Made by a program: the position numbers and the translations under genes. Under the pieces are notes generated by a model, which was given only the letters and a program-made list of their open reading frames with translations, was not told the DNA's origin and searched no databases. This document shows positions 12,801 through 26,120 of a stretch of 64,000 nucleotides of DNA, one piece after another. The stretch covers positions 100,380,001 through 100,444,000 of the forward strand of contig NC_086107.1 of NCBI RefSeq assembly GCF_963921235.1. Reading direction: 5' to 3'. The stretch is from Mobula hypostoma (taxonomy: Eukaryota). How positions within the stretch are numbered: position 1 is the first letter of the stretch; the number at the start of each line of letters is the position of its first letter.

Positions 12801-12954
12801 CTTAAATGTAGCAATTGCAATGGGTTCCCCTACGTTCTCTGGCAGCACCTTCCAGATATCAAATATTCTCTGTGAGGAAAAGCTTACCCCTCCAATCCCC
12901 CTTTCAGACTCCTTCCTCCCACCAGAAATCTGTGCCCCTTACACTGGGAAATAT

Positions 12955-13268
12955 AGCAACACACACACACACATAAAATGCTAGAGCATCTCTGCAGGGC
13001 CGGCAGCATTGACGGAGAAAAAAACACAATCGACGTTTCGGGCTGAAACCCTTCGGCAGGACTGGTGAAAAAAAAGATGAAGAGTAGATTTTTCACTGGA
13101 GATAAAAAGCTGAGGAGTAGCTTTTTCTCTCCAGTCCTGCCAAAGGGTTTTGGCCCGAAATGTCAACTGTATTTTTTTCCACAGATACTGCCTGGCCTGC
13201 TGAGTTCCTCCAGCATTTTGTGTGTGCTGCTCGGATTTCCAGCATCTGCAGATTTTCTCTTGTTTGTG
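12955..13268. mobile_element. Inverted pair of Penelope pLTR fragments (older subfamily)
   Basis: Minus copy with hammerhead remnant at 13028-13063 and plus copy at 13133-13168; both have CTGCC in place of CTGAC. Confidence 0.8.
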
Positions 13269-13996
13269 ACTGGGGAATATCTCTTGGCCATCTATACCTC
13301 TGATAAACTTATAAACTACAATCAGTTCACTGCTCCAGGAAAAACAAGCCCAGAGTATCCAATCTCACCCCACAGCTAAAGTCCTTCAATCCAGCAACAT
13401 AGAACATAAGATCATAAGACATAGGAGCAGAATTAGGTCACCTGGCCCATTGGGTCGGCTCCTTCCATTATGGCTGATTTATTATCCCTCTCAACCCCTT
13501 ACTGCTGCCTTCTCCCCATAACCTTTGACACCCTTTCTAATCAAGAACTTATCAATCTCTGATTTTAATATACCCAATGGCTTGGCCTCCACAGCCCTCT
13601 GTGGCAATGAATTCCACAGATTCACACCCTCTGGCTAAAGAAATTCCTTCTCAACTCTGTTCCGAGGCTGAGCCCTCTTTTGTCCTACACTCCCCTATTA
13701 TAGGAAACATCCTCTCCACGTCCACTCTGTTGAGGTCTTTCAATATTTAATAGGTTTTAATGAAATCTACAGGGTGAATTCTATCATATTATGATCACTG
13801 CCTCCGAAGGCCTCCTTTACCTTAAGCTTCCTAACAACACCCAGTCCAGAACTACCTTTGCCCTGTGGCTCGACCACAAGCTGCTCTAAAACGCCATCTT
13901 GCAGGCAGCCTACAAGAATGCAGCATCAATATCATTTTCCCAATCTACCTACATACTGAAAACCCCCACAACTAAAATAACATTTCTCTCTTTCAC

Positions 13997-14304
13997 CACT
14001 GTTCCCTCTAAGCCGTGCAGGTGCATGACCATGCAGTAACTCAAATGCTCCCGTGCACATACCCTTTGTAGCTGCCCAGCTGGAACTGGACGCAGCTAGA
14101 AAAGGTTTACGAAACGCGAAAGATTTTCTTTGCCGTCCTATATTTTGTAATACCCTTCAATTAATAAGTAAAATTAAAAGAATGTTATTTTTCAGTTTTC
14201 ATTCTAAATATTCACAGTATGTGGTTTTCATGCCATGTAAAAATTTTCTGCTCACAGCAATGGTTGGTCTGCGCAGCTGTAAAAGAAAATTAGAGGGAAC
14301 TTTG
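13997..14304. mobile_element. hAT-type MITE
   Basis: CACTGTTCCCTCTAA...TTAGAGGGAACTTTG TIRs; degenerate 8-bp TSD TCTTTCAC/CTTTTCAC. Confidence 0.65.
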
Positions 14305-15029
14305 CTTTTCACTTGCCTTTTCTATCTCTTGTTACAATTTGTACCCCATATCCTGGCTACTGTTTGGAAACCTGTACTGTATATAACTCCCATCAGGGTC
14401 TTTTTACCCTTGCAGTTTCTTAACTCTACCCACAAAGATTCTGCATCTTCTGATCCTACGTCACCTCAATCTAAAGATTTGATTTCCATAAGACATAGGA
14501 GTAGAATTAGGCCATTTGGCCCATCGAGTCTGCTCTACCATTCCATCATGGCTGATTTATTGACAACCACTATGATCTTTGATGCCCTTACTAACCCAGA
14601 ATTTATCAACCTTCACTTTAAATATACCCAATCGCTTGGACTTCACGGATGATAATGGTAATGAATTCCACAGATTCACCATCCTCTGGCTCAAGAAATT
14701 CCTCTTCCTCTCTGTTCTAAAGAGATATCCTTGCTTTCAGAAGCTGTGCCCTCTGGTCTGAGTTTCCCACGATAGGAAACATCGTTTCCATGTCCACTCT
14801 ATCTAGGCCTTTCAATATTCGACAGGTTTCAATGAGATCCCCCCACTCCCCATTCTTCTAAACTCGAATACAGGCCCAAAGGCATCAAAAGCTCCTTATA
14901 TATTAATCCTTTCATTCCTGGAATCATTTTCATGAACCTCCTCTGGACTCTCTCCAATGCCAGCACATCTTTTCTTAGACATCACTCCAAGTGCAGTCTG
15001 AGCAATGCCTTATAAAGCCTTATTAAAAT

Positions 15030-15165
15030 GCCTTGTAAGTCCTGAGGAAGGGTCTTGGCCCAAAACGTTGACAACTTACTCTTTCCCATAGATGCTGCCT
15101 GATCTGCTGAGATCCTCCAGCATTTTCTGTGTGTTGCTTTGGATTTCCAGCATCTGCAGATTTTT
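15030..15165 (+). mobile_element. Penelope pLTR fragment nested in CR1
   Basis: AGTCCTGAGGAAGGGTCTTGGCCCAAAACGTTGAC followed by the pLTR tail ...CCAGCATCTGCAGATTT. Confidence 0.75.
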
Positions 15166-15390
15166 CCATCCTTATGAAACCTTACATCCTTGCTTTTATG
15201 TTCTAGTCCTCTCAAAATGAATGCCAACGTTGCATTTTCCTTCCCTACCACCAGCTCAACCTGCAAGTCAACCTTTAGGGAATCCTGCACAAGGACTCCC
15301 AAATCTCTTTGCACCTCTGATTTCTGAATTTGCTCTCTGTTTAGAAAATTATCTACGCCTTTATTTCTTCTACAAAAGTGCATGACCACG

Positions 15391-16079
15391 TGTATTGGAG
15401 GGGTCGTGACTGTCACGTGACAGCACTGCCCACTAAGCCACGCCACCTGCTAATCAAGGTTTGACCCCCTCTTCGCCCATCAATGCACACCTAACCACTG
15501 GCCCCTTTAATTAGCCTTGTACTTGGCCTCGGGCAATTGGCCTTAGTAATCAGCTTAACTCTGCTGGCCCCCTTGTGAATTACCTGGACTGGACAATTCA
15601 GCTCTCCTCCACTAAAAGGGGGCCATGTGTGCTGGACTCTCTCTCTTTGCCATCTCTGAGGGACCACCTTGCTTCACTCCAGGCCGAGACCTGTGGAACA
15701 GCACTGGAGAAACTGTTGGTGGGCTGTGCATTGATTAGGGTTGGGAGCATTGATTATTGTCCCTAATAGCATAGAGCCATGTCTGCACAGAGTCAAGGGG
15801 TGGTGGGTATCATATTGACTTTTCCCTTGGTTGTGTGTGTGTGTGTGTGTATGTACTTTGTTCCCATGTGATTTTCTCACGTTCGTTATTAATTGTCCGC
15901 GTGTTTTATTGCTGATCCGACTTTTCCCACGACTGCTGTAAATTGTGCGTGTGTGCATGTTGCTTCTGTTGCCATTTTCCAACGTTTGCCTTCTGTAAGT
16001 AAAATCCTTTACTATCAAGACTGTGTGTCCAGGGTCCTTGCCTTTGAGACCTACCAAATCTGTTTCCTCACTTACAACA
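15391..16079 (+). mobile_element. Solo LTR (689 bp) inserted in CR1
   Basis: TGTATTG...TACAACA ends; 5-bp TSD CCACG/CCACA; CR1 sequence resumes in register afterwards. Confidence 0.7.
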
Positions 16080-16751
16080 CCACACACTTCCCTATATCGT
16101 ATTCCATGTGCCACTTCTTTTCCCGTTCTCCCAATCCGACCAAGTCCCTCTTCAGTCAAAGCCCGAAGGTTGAGGTCCAAAATTGGCGAGTCTGGAGGTC
16201 AAGCTCCAAAGATTGAAGCTCCTGGGTTGGGGTGTCTGGAAATTGGAGGCCTGATGTCTGCAAGTCCAGGTCAGAGATTGGAGAGCGGAGCCCCTTTGTC
16301 GGAGAGTCTGGGGCCTACTCTGGGCTTGGGGGCCTCTCTGTGTGGGTGGGAGGGTGGCAAAGGAGGCTTGTTTTGCTGTTGTTGATTGGTTTTATTGTTG
16401 CTGTTGCTTATGTTGCTCTGTAAATATTGTGGGCATGCTACATTGGTGCCTGAATGCGTGGCCATACTTGTGGGTTGCCCCCAGCACATCCTTAGTGGTT
16501 AAAGCAAATGATGCATTTCACTATGTTTTGATGTATATGTGATAAATAAGCAAACATGAGGGGAAACCAGACCAAGTCGCTTAAAATGTTAGATGGATTC
16601 AGTAAGGTAAATTCAAATTATTTCCCTGGGTGGACGAGCCCAGAATAAGGAGATCCAGTCTAAATATTTGAGCTTCACCATTTCTGAGGGAAATCAGGAA
16701 GCTTTTTTCCACACGTTGGTGGTCGATATCTGGGATGAGTATCCCACATGA

Positions 16752-16873
16752 GATGAATTGGAGGTAGGTAGATTGAGTTGGATATGGTACCCATGGATGT
16801 GGTGGGTAAGTGGATGAATTGGAGACGAGTAGATTGTGTTGGATATGGTACCCATGGATGTGGTGGGCAGATG
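16752..16873. repeat. Two-copy 61-bp tandem duplication
   Basis: GATGAATTGG...GGATATGGTACCCATGGATGTGGTGGG starting at 16752 and 16813. Confidence 0.9.
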
Positions 16874-19519
16874 GATCTGAGGTGCTGAGTAGCAGCAGCT
16901 CAGAGCTCTGAATGTCTGATCCCTGTTCCTAGGGTTGAGATGATGGGTAAGGTTCAGTGAAATATAAAACATAGTAACCTTTTTTGTTGTTTATTTGATC
17001 ATAAACACAGTACAATGAAAAGATTGAAATGGTTTCCCTGTCACTTTAGAAATTATGATTCAGAAACTTGTATTTACCTTTGCTGATAAATTCCAGATCA
17101 GCTCAAGAGCTAACTCTAGATGCTTTATCTGGGAGGTATTTTGTTTTTTTTAAATTTTAACTTTTCAATACTTAATTATAATTTATTCCTCTTTTTAAAA
17201 TTTTTAATTGCAAGACCGTTTATTTACCTCTTATGGCAACTTATTGTGTCCTGGCCCATGAGGCCCTGGCTATCAATCGTACTGCACATCGACTCTGAAC
17301 TGAAGAAATCTGTAATTCTGACAATCCCACTAGCTCCAGAACAGCCTCTGAAGATGAACTGTCGCAGTGTCAACCTCATCATAGACAGATAGATAGATAT
17401 AGATATTTTGTTGATCTAAAGGAAGTTACAGTGTCACAGTAGCATTACAAGTGCACCGATATAAAAATATTTGAAGAGAAGTAAGAAGCAATAAAAATAA
17501 GTTACCTCAAACAGCCTAACAGGAGGGGGAGGAGTCATCACCTCCCCGGCTATAGGTTGACTCATTATAGAACCTAATGGCCGAGGGTAAGAATGACCTC
17601 ACATCGCGCTCTTTGGAGCAGCGCAGTTGTCTTAGTCCATTACTAAAAGTGCTCCTCTGTTCCACCAAGGGGGCATGCAGAGGGTGGGAAACATTATCCA
17701 GAATTGCCAGGATTTTTCATAGGGCCCTTTGTTCTACCACAGCCTCCAGTGTGTCCAGTTTGACTCCTATAACAGAGCCAGCCTTTCTAATCAGTTTATT
17801 GAGCTTGTTAGCATCACCCGTATTGATGCCATTGCCCCAGCACACCACCACATTGAAGATTGTACTGGCGACAACATGTTTTCAGGAGTGGGATTGGAAG
17901 TTACTGAGAGAAGGTGCCCCATATTGAGGCAAGGTGTAAGGCCTCATCGAAGTGTGATTAATATTTTGCCGTGAATGAGCAAAACTGAGTGAACCATCTG
18001 TGGGATAAATGTTCTGTGTGGAATCCAAAATCTAACAGTTCACTTGTAGACTGTGTTGACAGAGAGCCTGGGACCATGACACAATCTGTAAAAGGGTCAC
18101 AATCTTAAGCAACCATTACAGTTCATGGGCAGTATTACTGAATGTATAACTTCTGTCAAGCATGTCCGGAGTGAATCTGTTGGGAAGGATTAATTTGGCG
18201 GTGGAATAGGACACACAGATGTATAATTGGGGAGTGGGACAGACAGAGGAAAACTACGTTGTTCCGGTGAGCAGAACAGATAGTGACATGATGGGAGGGA
18301 TTAAAAGGCTAAATTGCACCTGCTTTAATGCAACAAGTGTAAGTCGAAAGGCAGGTGAACTTAAAATGTTGATCAGCGCCTGGAAACACACAATTGTTGC
18401 CATCACAGGAACATGGTTGGAAGAAAGGCAGGGATGGCAACTCAGCACTCCCAAGGTCTTGAAGCTCCAGGTGTGACATTGCCTATAAGTTGTACAGTAC
18501 AGAAGCAGGACCTTGGGCCCATCATATTCATGCTGCCCACTGTACCTACCTACAGCAAACCCATTACCCATGTTAAGCCCAAAGGCTCTTTTTGTCTTAA
18601 TGATTCAAATACTTGTCTGATGCTTCTTAAATATTGAGAGAGTATCTGGCTTTTCAGGCAGTGTATTCTACACTCCAATCTTCTTGTGTGAAAGAAAAAC
18701 CCATCAGCTGCCCTCTAAATCTCTTACCTCATGATATCCCCCCAGCTTTTTATTCGGCCATCATCCCCCTCCCTTTTCAATCCTAATAAAGGGTCTCAGC
18801 CCAAGATACCAACTGTCTTTTCCATAGGTGCTGCCTGACCTGCTGAGGTCCTCCAACATTTTGTGTGTGTTGTCTCGTGACTACGTCCTCTTCTCTTTGA
18901 CAGTGGTTGGGGAATGGTGAAGGGAGGAATATAAAAGAAGAAATGTCATTACAATATTGATTAAGGACAATATGGAGTCCACTGCTATCGTAAAGGAGGT
19001 GAGTATCTTAGGTTTTGCAAATCAGGTTATATTGGTTGAGTTGAGAAGCGAAACAAAATGGGGCAAGTATTTTTCTTGATTTATACTGCAGGCTTCTTAA
19101 CAGTACTGTTTGAGTTGGTAGTGGAGGCAGGCACTCTTGCCTCAGTTTCTAATGGTTAACATGGTCTGAACAGCCTGTTTTTTTTTGCTGTGTGACTAAT
19201 GGTTCAAAGAAATAACAAAGCATTTCCAAGCTTTGTTGGACTCTTTACATTCAGAACACAGAGTAATTCTGTTTGCTTAGGAGTGAGGAAAACAGATGAA
19301 TGAATTTTGTTTAAACACAAGAGTCATATAAAAGTACAGCACAGAAACAGCCCTTTGGCCCATCTAATCCGTGTCAAACCATTTAAACTGCCTACTCCCA
19401 TCGACCTGCTCGGGACCGCAGCCCTCCCTACCCCACAGTACCTATCCTAGCTTCTCTTCGAGCTCACACTTGTGCTTGTTCCACACTCTCATGACCCTCT
19501 GAGTGAAAGATTCAGCAGA

Positions 19520-19785
19520 GGCTGGAAATCCAGCGTAACACATACAAAATGCTGGAGGAACTCAGCAGGTCAGGCAGCATCAATGGGAATGAATAAACTG
19601 TCGATGTTCTGGGCGGAGACTCTTCACCAGAACTGGAAAGGAAGGGAGCAGATGCCAGAATAAGGCAAGGGGAGGGGAAGAAGTACAAAGTAGAAGGTGA
19701 TAGGTGAAGCCAGGTGAGTGGGGGAGGGAAATGAAGTAAGAAACTGGGAAGAGAGCTGGCCTTTTCCACCTATCACCTCCAGCAT
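19520..19785 (-). mobile_element. Penelope pLTR fragment, older, with a short inverted end
   Basis: pLTR tail, degenerate hammerhead near 19599-19634, and an AGGTGATAGGTG / CACCTATCACCT inversion. Confidence 0.7.
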
Positions 19786-19981
19786 GAATTTTGTAGATCT
19801 TCTTGCTTTTCACCTGTTTTTCCCTAAGCATGTAATTTATTCAGCAAATGAGAGTAATCATTAAGACCTTTCGGTCCAAGCAACTTGTACAATTCAGAAT
19901 ACAATGTCCACAGTTCCCCACCCCCACCTTCAGTGCAAAAGTAAATAATTATACCCAAACAGGAGAGTCAGGGTTGTGAAT

Positions 19982-20137
19982 AGGAGAGGGGAGGAGGGGG
20001 GGGGAGGAGGAGGGAGGAGGGAGGAGGGAGGAGGGAGGAGGGAGGAGGGAGGAGGGAGGAGGGAGGGAGGAGGGAGGGAGGAGGGAGGAGGGAGGAGGGG
20101 GGAGGAGGAGGAGAAGGAGGAAGAAGAAGAAAAAAGA
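19982..20137 (+). repeat. 156-nt pure polypurine tract, mainly (GGGAGGA)n
   Basis: No pyrimidine between 19982 and 20137. Confidence 0.95.
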
Positions 20138-20241
20138 CATATGTAGATTATTGCAGAAACGCACCACAATCCAACTGCTGGAGTAGTTACTCAACTATTC
20201 AGAAATAAATATGGAGTGAAAAGAATGTCAGAAATTAATGC

Positions 20242-20247
20242 TTTATT
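20242..20247 (-). terminator. Candidate polyadenylation signal (AATAAA) of TTC26; 3' UTR about 1.15 kb
   Basis: TTTATT on the + strand at the end of a largely unique, AT-rich stretch downstream of the stop codon; not verified by transcript data. Confidence 0.5.
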
Positions 20248-21399
20248 TACATAAAATAAGTTACAAATTTTTGTTCTAAAAGATATTACACAAGAGGTAT
20301 GTAAATACACAAAAAAGAACTGTAACATAACCATAGTGTCTTTAAAAAGAAAATACTATTTGATAAATCTTATTTTAAACAGATTATCTTGACAGTATTC
20401 TCCCTGAGATCTGGACAAGCATGGTCACTTGGGCACAGGACACAGCCTGGTGCCTCACACAAATAATACATGCATGTCTTGATGGTGTCTGCAGGGTATT
20501 CCATACATCACACTTTGCAGGACAGGGCACCAGGGAAGGCAAGTAGAAACACACTTCCATATTTAGTTACACTACACTATACATTATTTTCCAGCTCTGA
20601 GCATCTTCTTGTTTCCAAAATCCACAATAGATGTTTGTCCCAAACTGAAAATGATTGAGTACCCCATGTGGGTTGCCTGCTGCCGCTCAGACCTGTTCCT
20701 GCTGATTCATGGGCTTGCCCCCCCAGTGTGAATTTAGTAGGTGGGGGAGGTGCCGAAAGCTGTAACTGGTCTCCATAGACACACACCATCAGTGCTGGTG
20801 CAAACACTGTGCTGCCACGTTTCGTTTCAATGATAATCTTACTCATCCCGGAACACACAGAGCTCCATCACAATGAAATCAGTGATCAGAAGATAGTGGC
20901 TCCGGATTAAATTTTCCTGTTCAAGCTTTAGTGGGAGGACAGGACAGGGGAGGGAGTGGCGCTGGCGACAACAATGTAATGAAGAATATTAATGTAATTT
21001 ATGAACTCTCCTTTACTTGAGAACCATGCAGCCCACATGCACTGACCTGTAACCTTTCCCTTTGCATATTAATGGCTGTGGAACATAATATTGGTGCCTG
21101 TACGATTGAATGATACAGATACTGAGACAATTGATCCATCCTTTACCTTCCGAATGAGGATGAGTAAAAGCTGGAATTAAAAACCATATTGAAATCATGG
21201 TTTTAAATTTAAATTACTTCTAGTCAGTTTAAAAGAAGCAAGTGCTTTCTCACAGAGGGCCACATGGTAACAATGCACTTTGTATGAACTCTTTGTTGGG
21301 GCTCATGGCTAGTGAGAAAATCAGAACGGAACCATTTAAAGCAACAGTTCCACAAAGAGTTTCAGCCTAATTAATTCCGTGTCCTTCCCCTCACCACAC

Positions 21400-21511
21400 T
21401 TAGATGGCCACTCGGTTGTCTTTGGCCCACTTCTTCAAGGTACGGATTATGTACTCCACTTGAGGATTCCCGGTATTTCGGAGGAGATGGAGAACTTCCC
21501 GAAGGGTCTCC
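21400..21511 (-). CDS. TTC26: IFT56/TTC26 last coding exon (K)ETLREVLHLLRNTGNPQVEYIIRTLKKWAKDNRVAI*
   Basis: AG acceptor at 21513-21512, phase 2, TAA at 21402-21400; matches human C-terminus ETLREVLHLLRSTGNTQVEYMIRIMKKWAKENRVSI. Confidence 0.97.
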
Positions 21512-21826
21512 CTAGGAAGGAAGAATAATCAGTTGATCAGTTGTTTTCATTATTGAAACACGTTACTTTTATTTCGTCACTGAACCCCCGGGCTAGTGGG
21601 AACCTAGTGCTATTGGCAGTAGTTGCTTGCAGTTGGTGGCATTCTGTCTGAAATTTGTTGGTCCAAGTTCCATTCCTGAGATCTGAGCACTGAATCTGAG
21701 ACTGACACTCAGAGTGGTGCACTACTGCCAGGAGGGCCATCTGTAGGATGAGATTTTAAATCATCTTCTTTCAAAAAAAATCCATAACATGATTTCAAAT
21801 CACAAGAATTATCCTCCAATCACTGA

Positions 21827-22720
21827 GGCTACGTCCACACTACGCCGGATAATTTTGAAAACGAAGCTTTTTCTCTTCGTTTTGACCCTCCGTCCACACT
21901 GAAACGGCGTTTTCATCCCCCGAAAACAGAGATTTTCGAAAACACTCTCCAGAGTGTGTAAATTTGAAAACAATTCTTTCGCGTTGTAGTGTAGATGGGG
22001 TAAACGGAGAGATTTAAAAATGCTGTCATGACAACACCACAACAACAATGCTTTTTCTGCTTCTGCTTGGTACTGCGCAAGCACTGCTGTACGGCTGTTA
22101 TAACGCGCAGTCGGTGTGAACGGCGTGAGAGTTAAATTGTAAAGTGAGCTTTTTTGACTAGATCCCCCCTAAATTAATTTGATTGAGTCTATCTTTAAAA
22201 ATATTAATGTCACAAATACTGCGCAGGTCTGGCGGCAGAAGATTCCACTCTCTTGTTGATCTTGGGTAGAGGACGGCTTCATGCGTGTGTTGTTTACTTT
22301 ATTGTCTATGTTAATAGTTTGTTTGGAATTAAGCATCTCTACTGCTTTGCTGACCTTGTAGTCGTTTGTAACTCGCAACTGTCTGTCCAAACGAAGAAGT
22401 CCGGTCTGATTTTTCCAGCGGAGGTTTTCTTTGTATTCCTCGAAGACATTGTTGAAAACTTTCTTTCTCTGTTGTTGTTGGTACTCTAGTTTTATTCTAT
22501 GGAAATAGCACAACGCCGCCGCGGAAATGTAAATATTATACTGTTTCCTCTTCGCTTGTTTTCTGTAGATGTGTCTGCACATGCCCAGTAGGAGGAGATT
22601 CGCCCAAATATCTGTTTTAATGTGGACAGAGATAATTTGAAAATCCCGTAGTGTGGATGCCTGTCGTTTTTACTCGAAACCGGCGTTTTCAAAATTATCT
22701 AGTCTAGTGTGGACGTAGCC
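21827..22720. mobile_element. PIF/Harbinger-type non-autonomous DNA transposon
   Basis: About 35-bp TIRs GGCTACGTCCACACTA...TAGTGTGGACGTAGCC; 3-bp TGA TSD; subterminal TCCACAC and GAAAAC repeats. Confidence 0.85.
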
Positions 22721-24299
22721 TGAAATATTAACATTGTAGTGTGGGAGTTAGCTATGCACAAACATAATTCCAACATCATTCATTGGCTGTCCTGAAAAGG
22801 GTGTGAATTGTGCTGCTTAAACAATTCTATTTTGTGGGTCTCATCTGATACCTCAATCAAGAGGCCATTGTTGTCATGCAAGGTAAATTAGCAAACTTGC
22901 CAGCTGAGCCTCATCTGGCTTCTATACAAGCACTGTCCATAAGGATTTAACACTTTAGGAGAATCAGCTTAGTTGGCTGCCCCTCTAGCATGGGCTGCTG
23001 AAACCACCCAAGTTCCCTACTGTGGTTTTGAATGAAATCAGCAAAGTCACCATAGAACGCAGCTAATTCAACACATCATGCCCGTGTCAGGTCTTTGAAG
23101 GGGCTACTGAATCCATTCCACACTCCCTGTTAATTCTATGTAGTCCTACAGGCTTTTCCTTTCAAGTAAGAGGTACGAAAGTTTGCAAGTTATTTTATCT
23201 CTGCTTCCACCCACACCCCAATACATTCCACATCATCACCCTTAAGTGCATTAAGAAAATCCAACCCCCCAACCTCGTTTTTAATTCTTCTGTTTGATAT
23301 TATAATATTGTTTCATCTGGTCACTCAACTTCCTGTCTGTTGTACTTGTGTCTACATACACAAAGACCCCTCCCAATAATGTTTCAAAACCCTATAAAAG
23401 CAAAAAAAAGGTCAAGAGAGGATTTAACAAAAACAATACCAGTTCCTCAAGCCTCGCCAAGTGACTGAAATCTGTCATCTTTGGAGGGTGACCCTGATAT
23501 TACCCTGGTCAAAATGGACCTGCCACTCACTGCTTCCATTCATTGAATTGCTAGTAAAGTAACAATAGATCCAATGTTACTTTGCCCTTGCTGTCTTTTG
23601 TTGGTGCTCCCTCTGCAAGATGTCACAACTGGAGGTGAAAGTTCCCAGACCCCTGCTGGCTACTGAGAAGCTGCAAGAAAGCAGCTGTCGTGCCTTAGTC
23701 ATAAAACCCCTGACTCTGTTCCTTCATTTGAGAAAGTGGAAGGCACGGAATGGCGGCTTGACCTTTGTGGCAACGCACAGGGACTGTAGCTGAAGCAGAT
23801 CATCCACACCAGGGGAAAAAAATCACCAGCATCAGCCCACATCAAGCAGTCTATTCAAACCGTCGGAACAGTGTAATGTAAACCCAGAGAGTTACTGCCG
23901 ATGGTTGGTGATACTGATATTCAGTGGGATGGGCTGTAAATTAATCTCAGGATCAGAAATCAGGTTTAATATCACCGGCATGTGTCGTGAAATTTGTTGT
24001 TATGCAGCAGCAGTACAATGAAATACATAATAAGAACTAGGTTACAGTAAATTACAGTACACACACACACACACTCAGACCCCACTCAACACTGAGGATG
24101 TGTTCCTCAGAGGTGGAGCGCTATGTAAATCAGTGTTGTGCAGGGTCATTGTAACATTACGTAAATGAACATACGTGCCTGATTTTTTAAAATGATATTT
24201 GTATGATATTTTACGTATACCCAGTAGTTCTTGGAGTAACAAGTGCACTAATCAGTACATCAGAGGAGCAGCAGAGGGAAGCGGATGGTGGTTACATCA

Positions 24300-24720
24300 C
24301 CAAGCTGTGGGTCCTCCTCCATCTTTGGCTTCTTCAAGATTTGACAGCCTTTTCTTAAGTTTCCTCTCATGAAGCAGTTGTCGGTAGCAGGAAATCATGT
24401 TGCAAACACCTCTCTTTGCCTTATTGCCTCACTCCCAGTCTGGGTCATTATCGATGAACCAGTTCATGATTTGTGTGATCGTGGTGATGCTTGTGGTGAG
24501 GCTTCTTGCTGATGGTTCTTCCTCTCCGTCCGTGTCCTCAGATTCACCCAGGCGGCGTTGCTCTGCCAATTCTCGAAGCTCTTCGTTATTAAGGCTCTCA
24601 GCATTAGAATGCAGTAACTCTTCAACATCGCCATCATTAACATCCTCGTGCCGTATCACTTTCAGTTTCACATCCACGCTAATACTTTCCCTGGACACCT
24701 TCGATGTACTATCCTCAATT
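24300..24720 (-). mobile_element. pogo/Tigger-like transposase remnant, internally deleted
   Basis: ORF 24429..24881 contains ISVDVKLKVIR (CENP-B-type HTH start) fused to DVEELL...SLNNEELREL...DNDPDWE (Tigger C-terminal motifs). Boundaries approximate. Confidence 0.6.
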
Positions 24721-25139
24721 CTCTGTCTGTTGTACTTGTGTCTTCTTACACAAAGCCCCCTCCCAATAATGTTCAAAGCCAAGATTGGACTCATAAGCCA
24801 CTTGAGAGCCCATAAGTAGATCAACAGAACGAAGACTATCATCCTTGACCTCGAGGGATAGCCACGACCAACTACCCTCACTGGAAGTTGCAGGTCATTT
24901 TCCAGACATTATGGGTGAACAAATGGAATAAATTGCTGAAGGAGCAAGAACGTTTACGCACGCGGGGAGGCAGAGCGTGAGCTAATAGGTGATTGGCTGT
25001 GAGGGGCTCAGAAAAGCGCTCTCATTGGCTGATTTAATGTTTACTGTAAGGGTGGCCACTCTTGAGAAGTTTTAAATGTTGCTCAGAATGAATTTCTGTC
25101 ACTTAAAAAAATTTCAATAAAGAAATGAATAACCAAGTT

Positions 25140-26120
25140 GTAACAAATCAGTGAGGTAGCATTTATGGGTTCATTGTCCATTCAGAAATCTGATGGCAGA
25201 GAAGAAGCAGCTATTGCTGAATTGTTGAGTGTGTGCCTTCAGGCTCCTGTACCTCCTTCCTGATGGTAACAATGGGAAGAGGGCACGTCCTGGGTGACAG
25301 GGTCCTTAATGATGGGCGCCACCTTCCTGAGGCATCGCTCCTTGAAGGTGTCCTGGATGCTGGGGAGGCTGGTGCCCATGATGGAGCTGACTGAGTTTAC
25401 AATGTTGTACAGCTTATTCCGATCCTGTGCAGCGGACCCCCATACCAGATGGTGATCCAGCCAGTCAGAATATCCTCCATGGTACATCTGTAGAAATTTG
25501 CGAGTGTCTTTCGTGACTTACCAAATCCCCTCAAACTCCTAATGAAATATATCTGCAGTCATGCCTTCTTTACAGATGCATCGATATGCTGGGCCCAGGA
25601 TAGATCCTCAGAGATGTTGACACCCAGGAACTTGAAATTGCTCACCCTTTCCTCTTCTGATCCCTCACTGAGGACTGGTGTGTGTTCCCTCATCTTACCC
25701 TTTCTGAAGTCCACAATCAGTCCTTTGGTCTTACTGATGCTGATGTGATACCATTCAACTAACTGATATACCTCGCTCCTGTATGCCTCCTTGTCACCAT
25801 CTGAATTTCTGCCAACAGTAGTTGTGTCTTTGGCAAATTTATAGACGGCATTTGAGCTACCTAGCCACACAGTAGAGGGTGTAGAGAGAGCAGAGCAGTG
25901 GGCTAATCACACATCTCTGAGGTGCGCCAGTGCTGATCATCAGCGAGGTGGAGGTATTATTTCTGATCCGTACAGACCGTGGTCTTCTGGTCAGGAAGTC
26001 GAGGATCCAGTTGTAGAACAGAGGTACAGAGGCCCAGGTTTTGGAGCTTTTTGATTAGGACAATAAGAATGATTGTGTTAAACGCCAAGCTGTAGTCAAT
26101 AAACAGCAGCCTGACGTAGG
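25140..26120 (-). mobile_element. Rex1/Babar-like LINE fragment
   Basis: ORF 25559..25870 YKFAKDTT...FKFLGVNISEDLSW. Confidence 0.75.

Larger units (their letters stand above)
14487..16140 (-). mobile_element. CR1 LINE fragment interrupted by a Penelope pLTR and a solo LTR
   Basis: Minus-strand QRDLGVLVQDSLKV and LYKALLRLHLE; 3' tail near 14487. Confidence 0.8.

Noticed and set aside
14053..14652. 199-aa ORF
   Set aside because: Crosses MITE and LINE boundaries, has a non-ATG start and no recognisable domain.
16752..16873. CRISPR-like repeat
   Set aside because: Only two adjacent copies with no unique spacers, in eukaryotic DNA.
19930..20194. Pro/Ser-rich ORFs
   Set aside because: Translation of the polypurine microsatellite.
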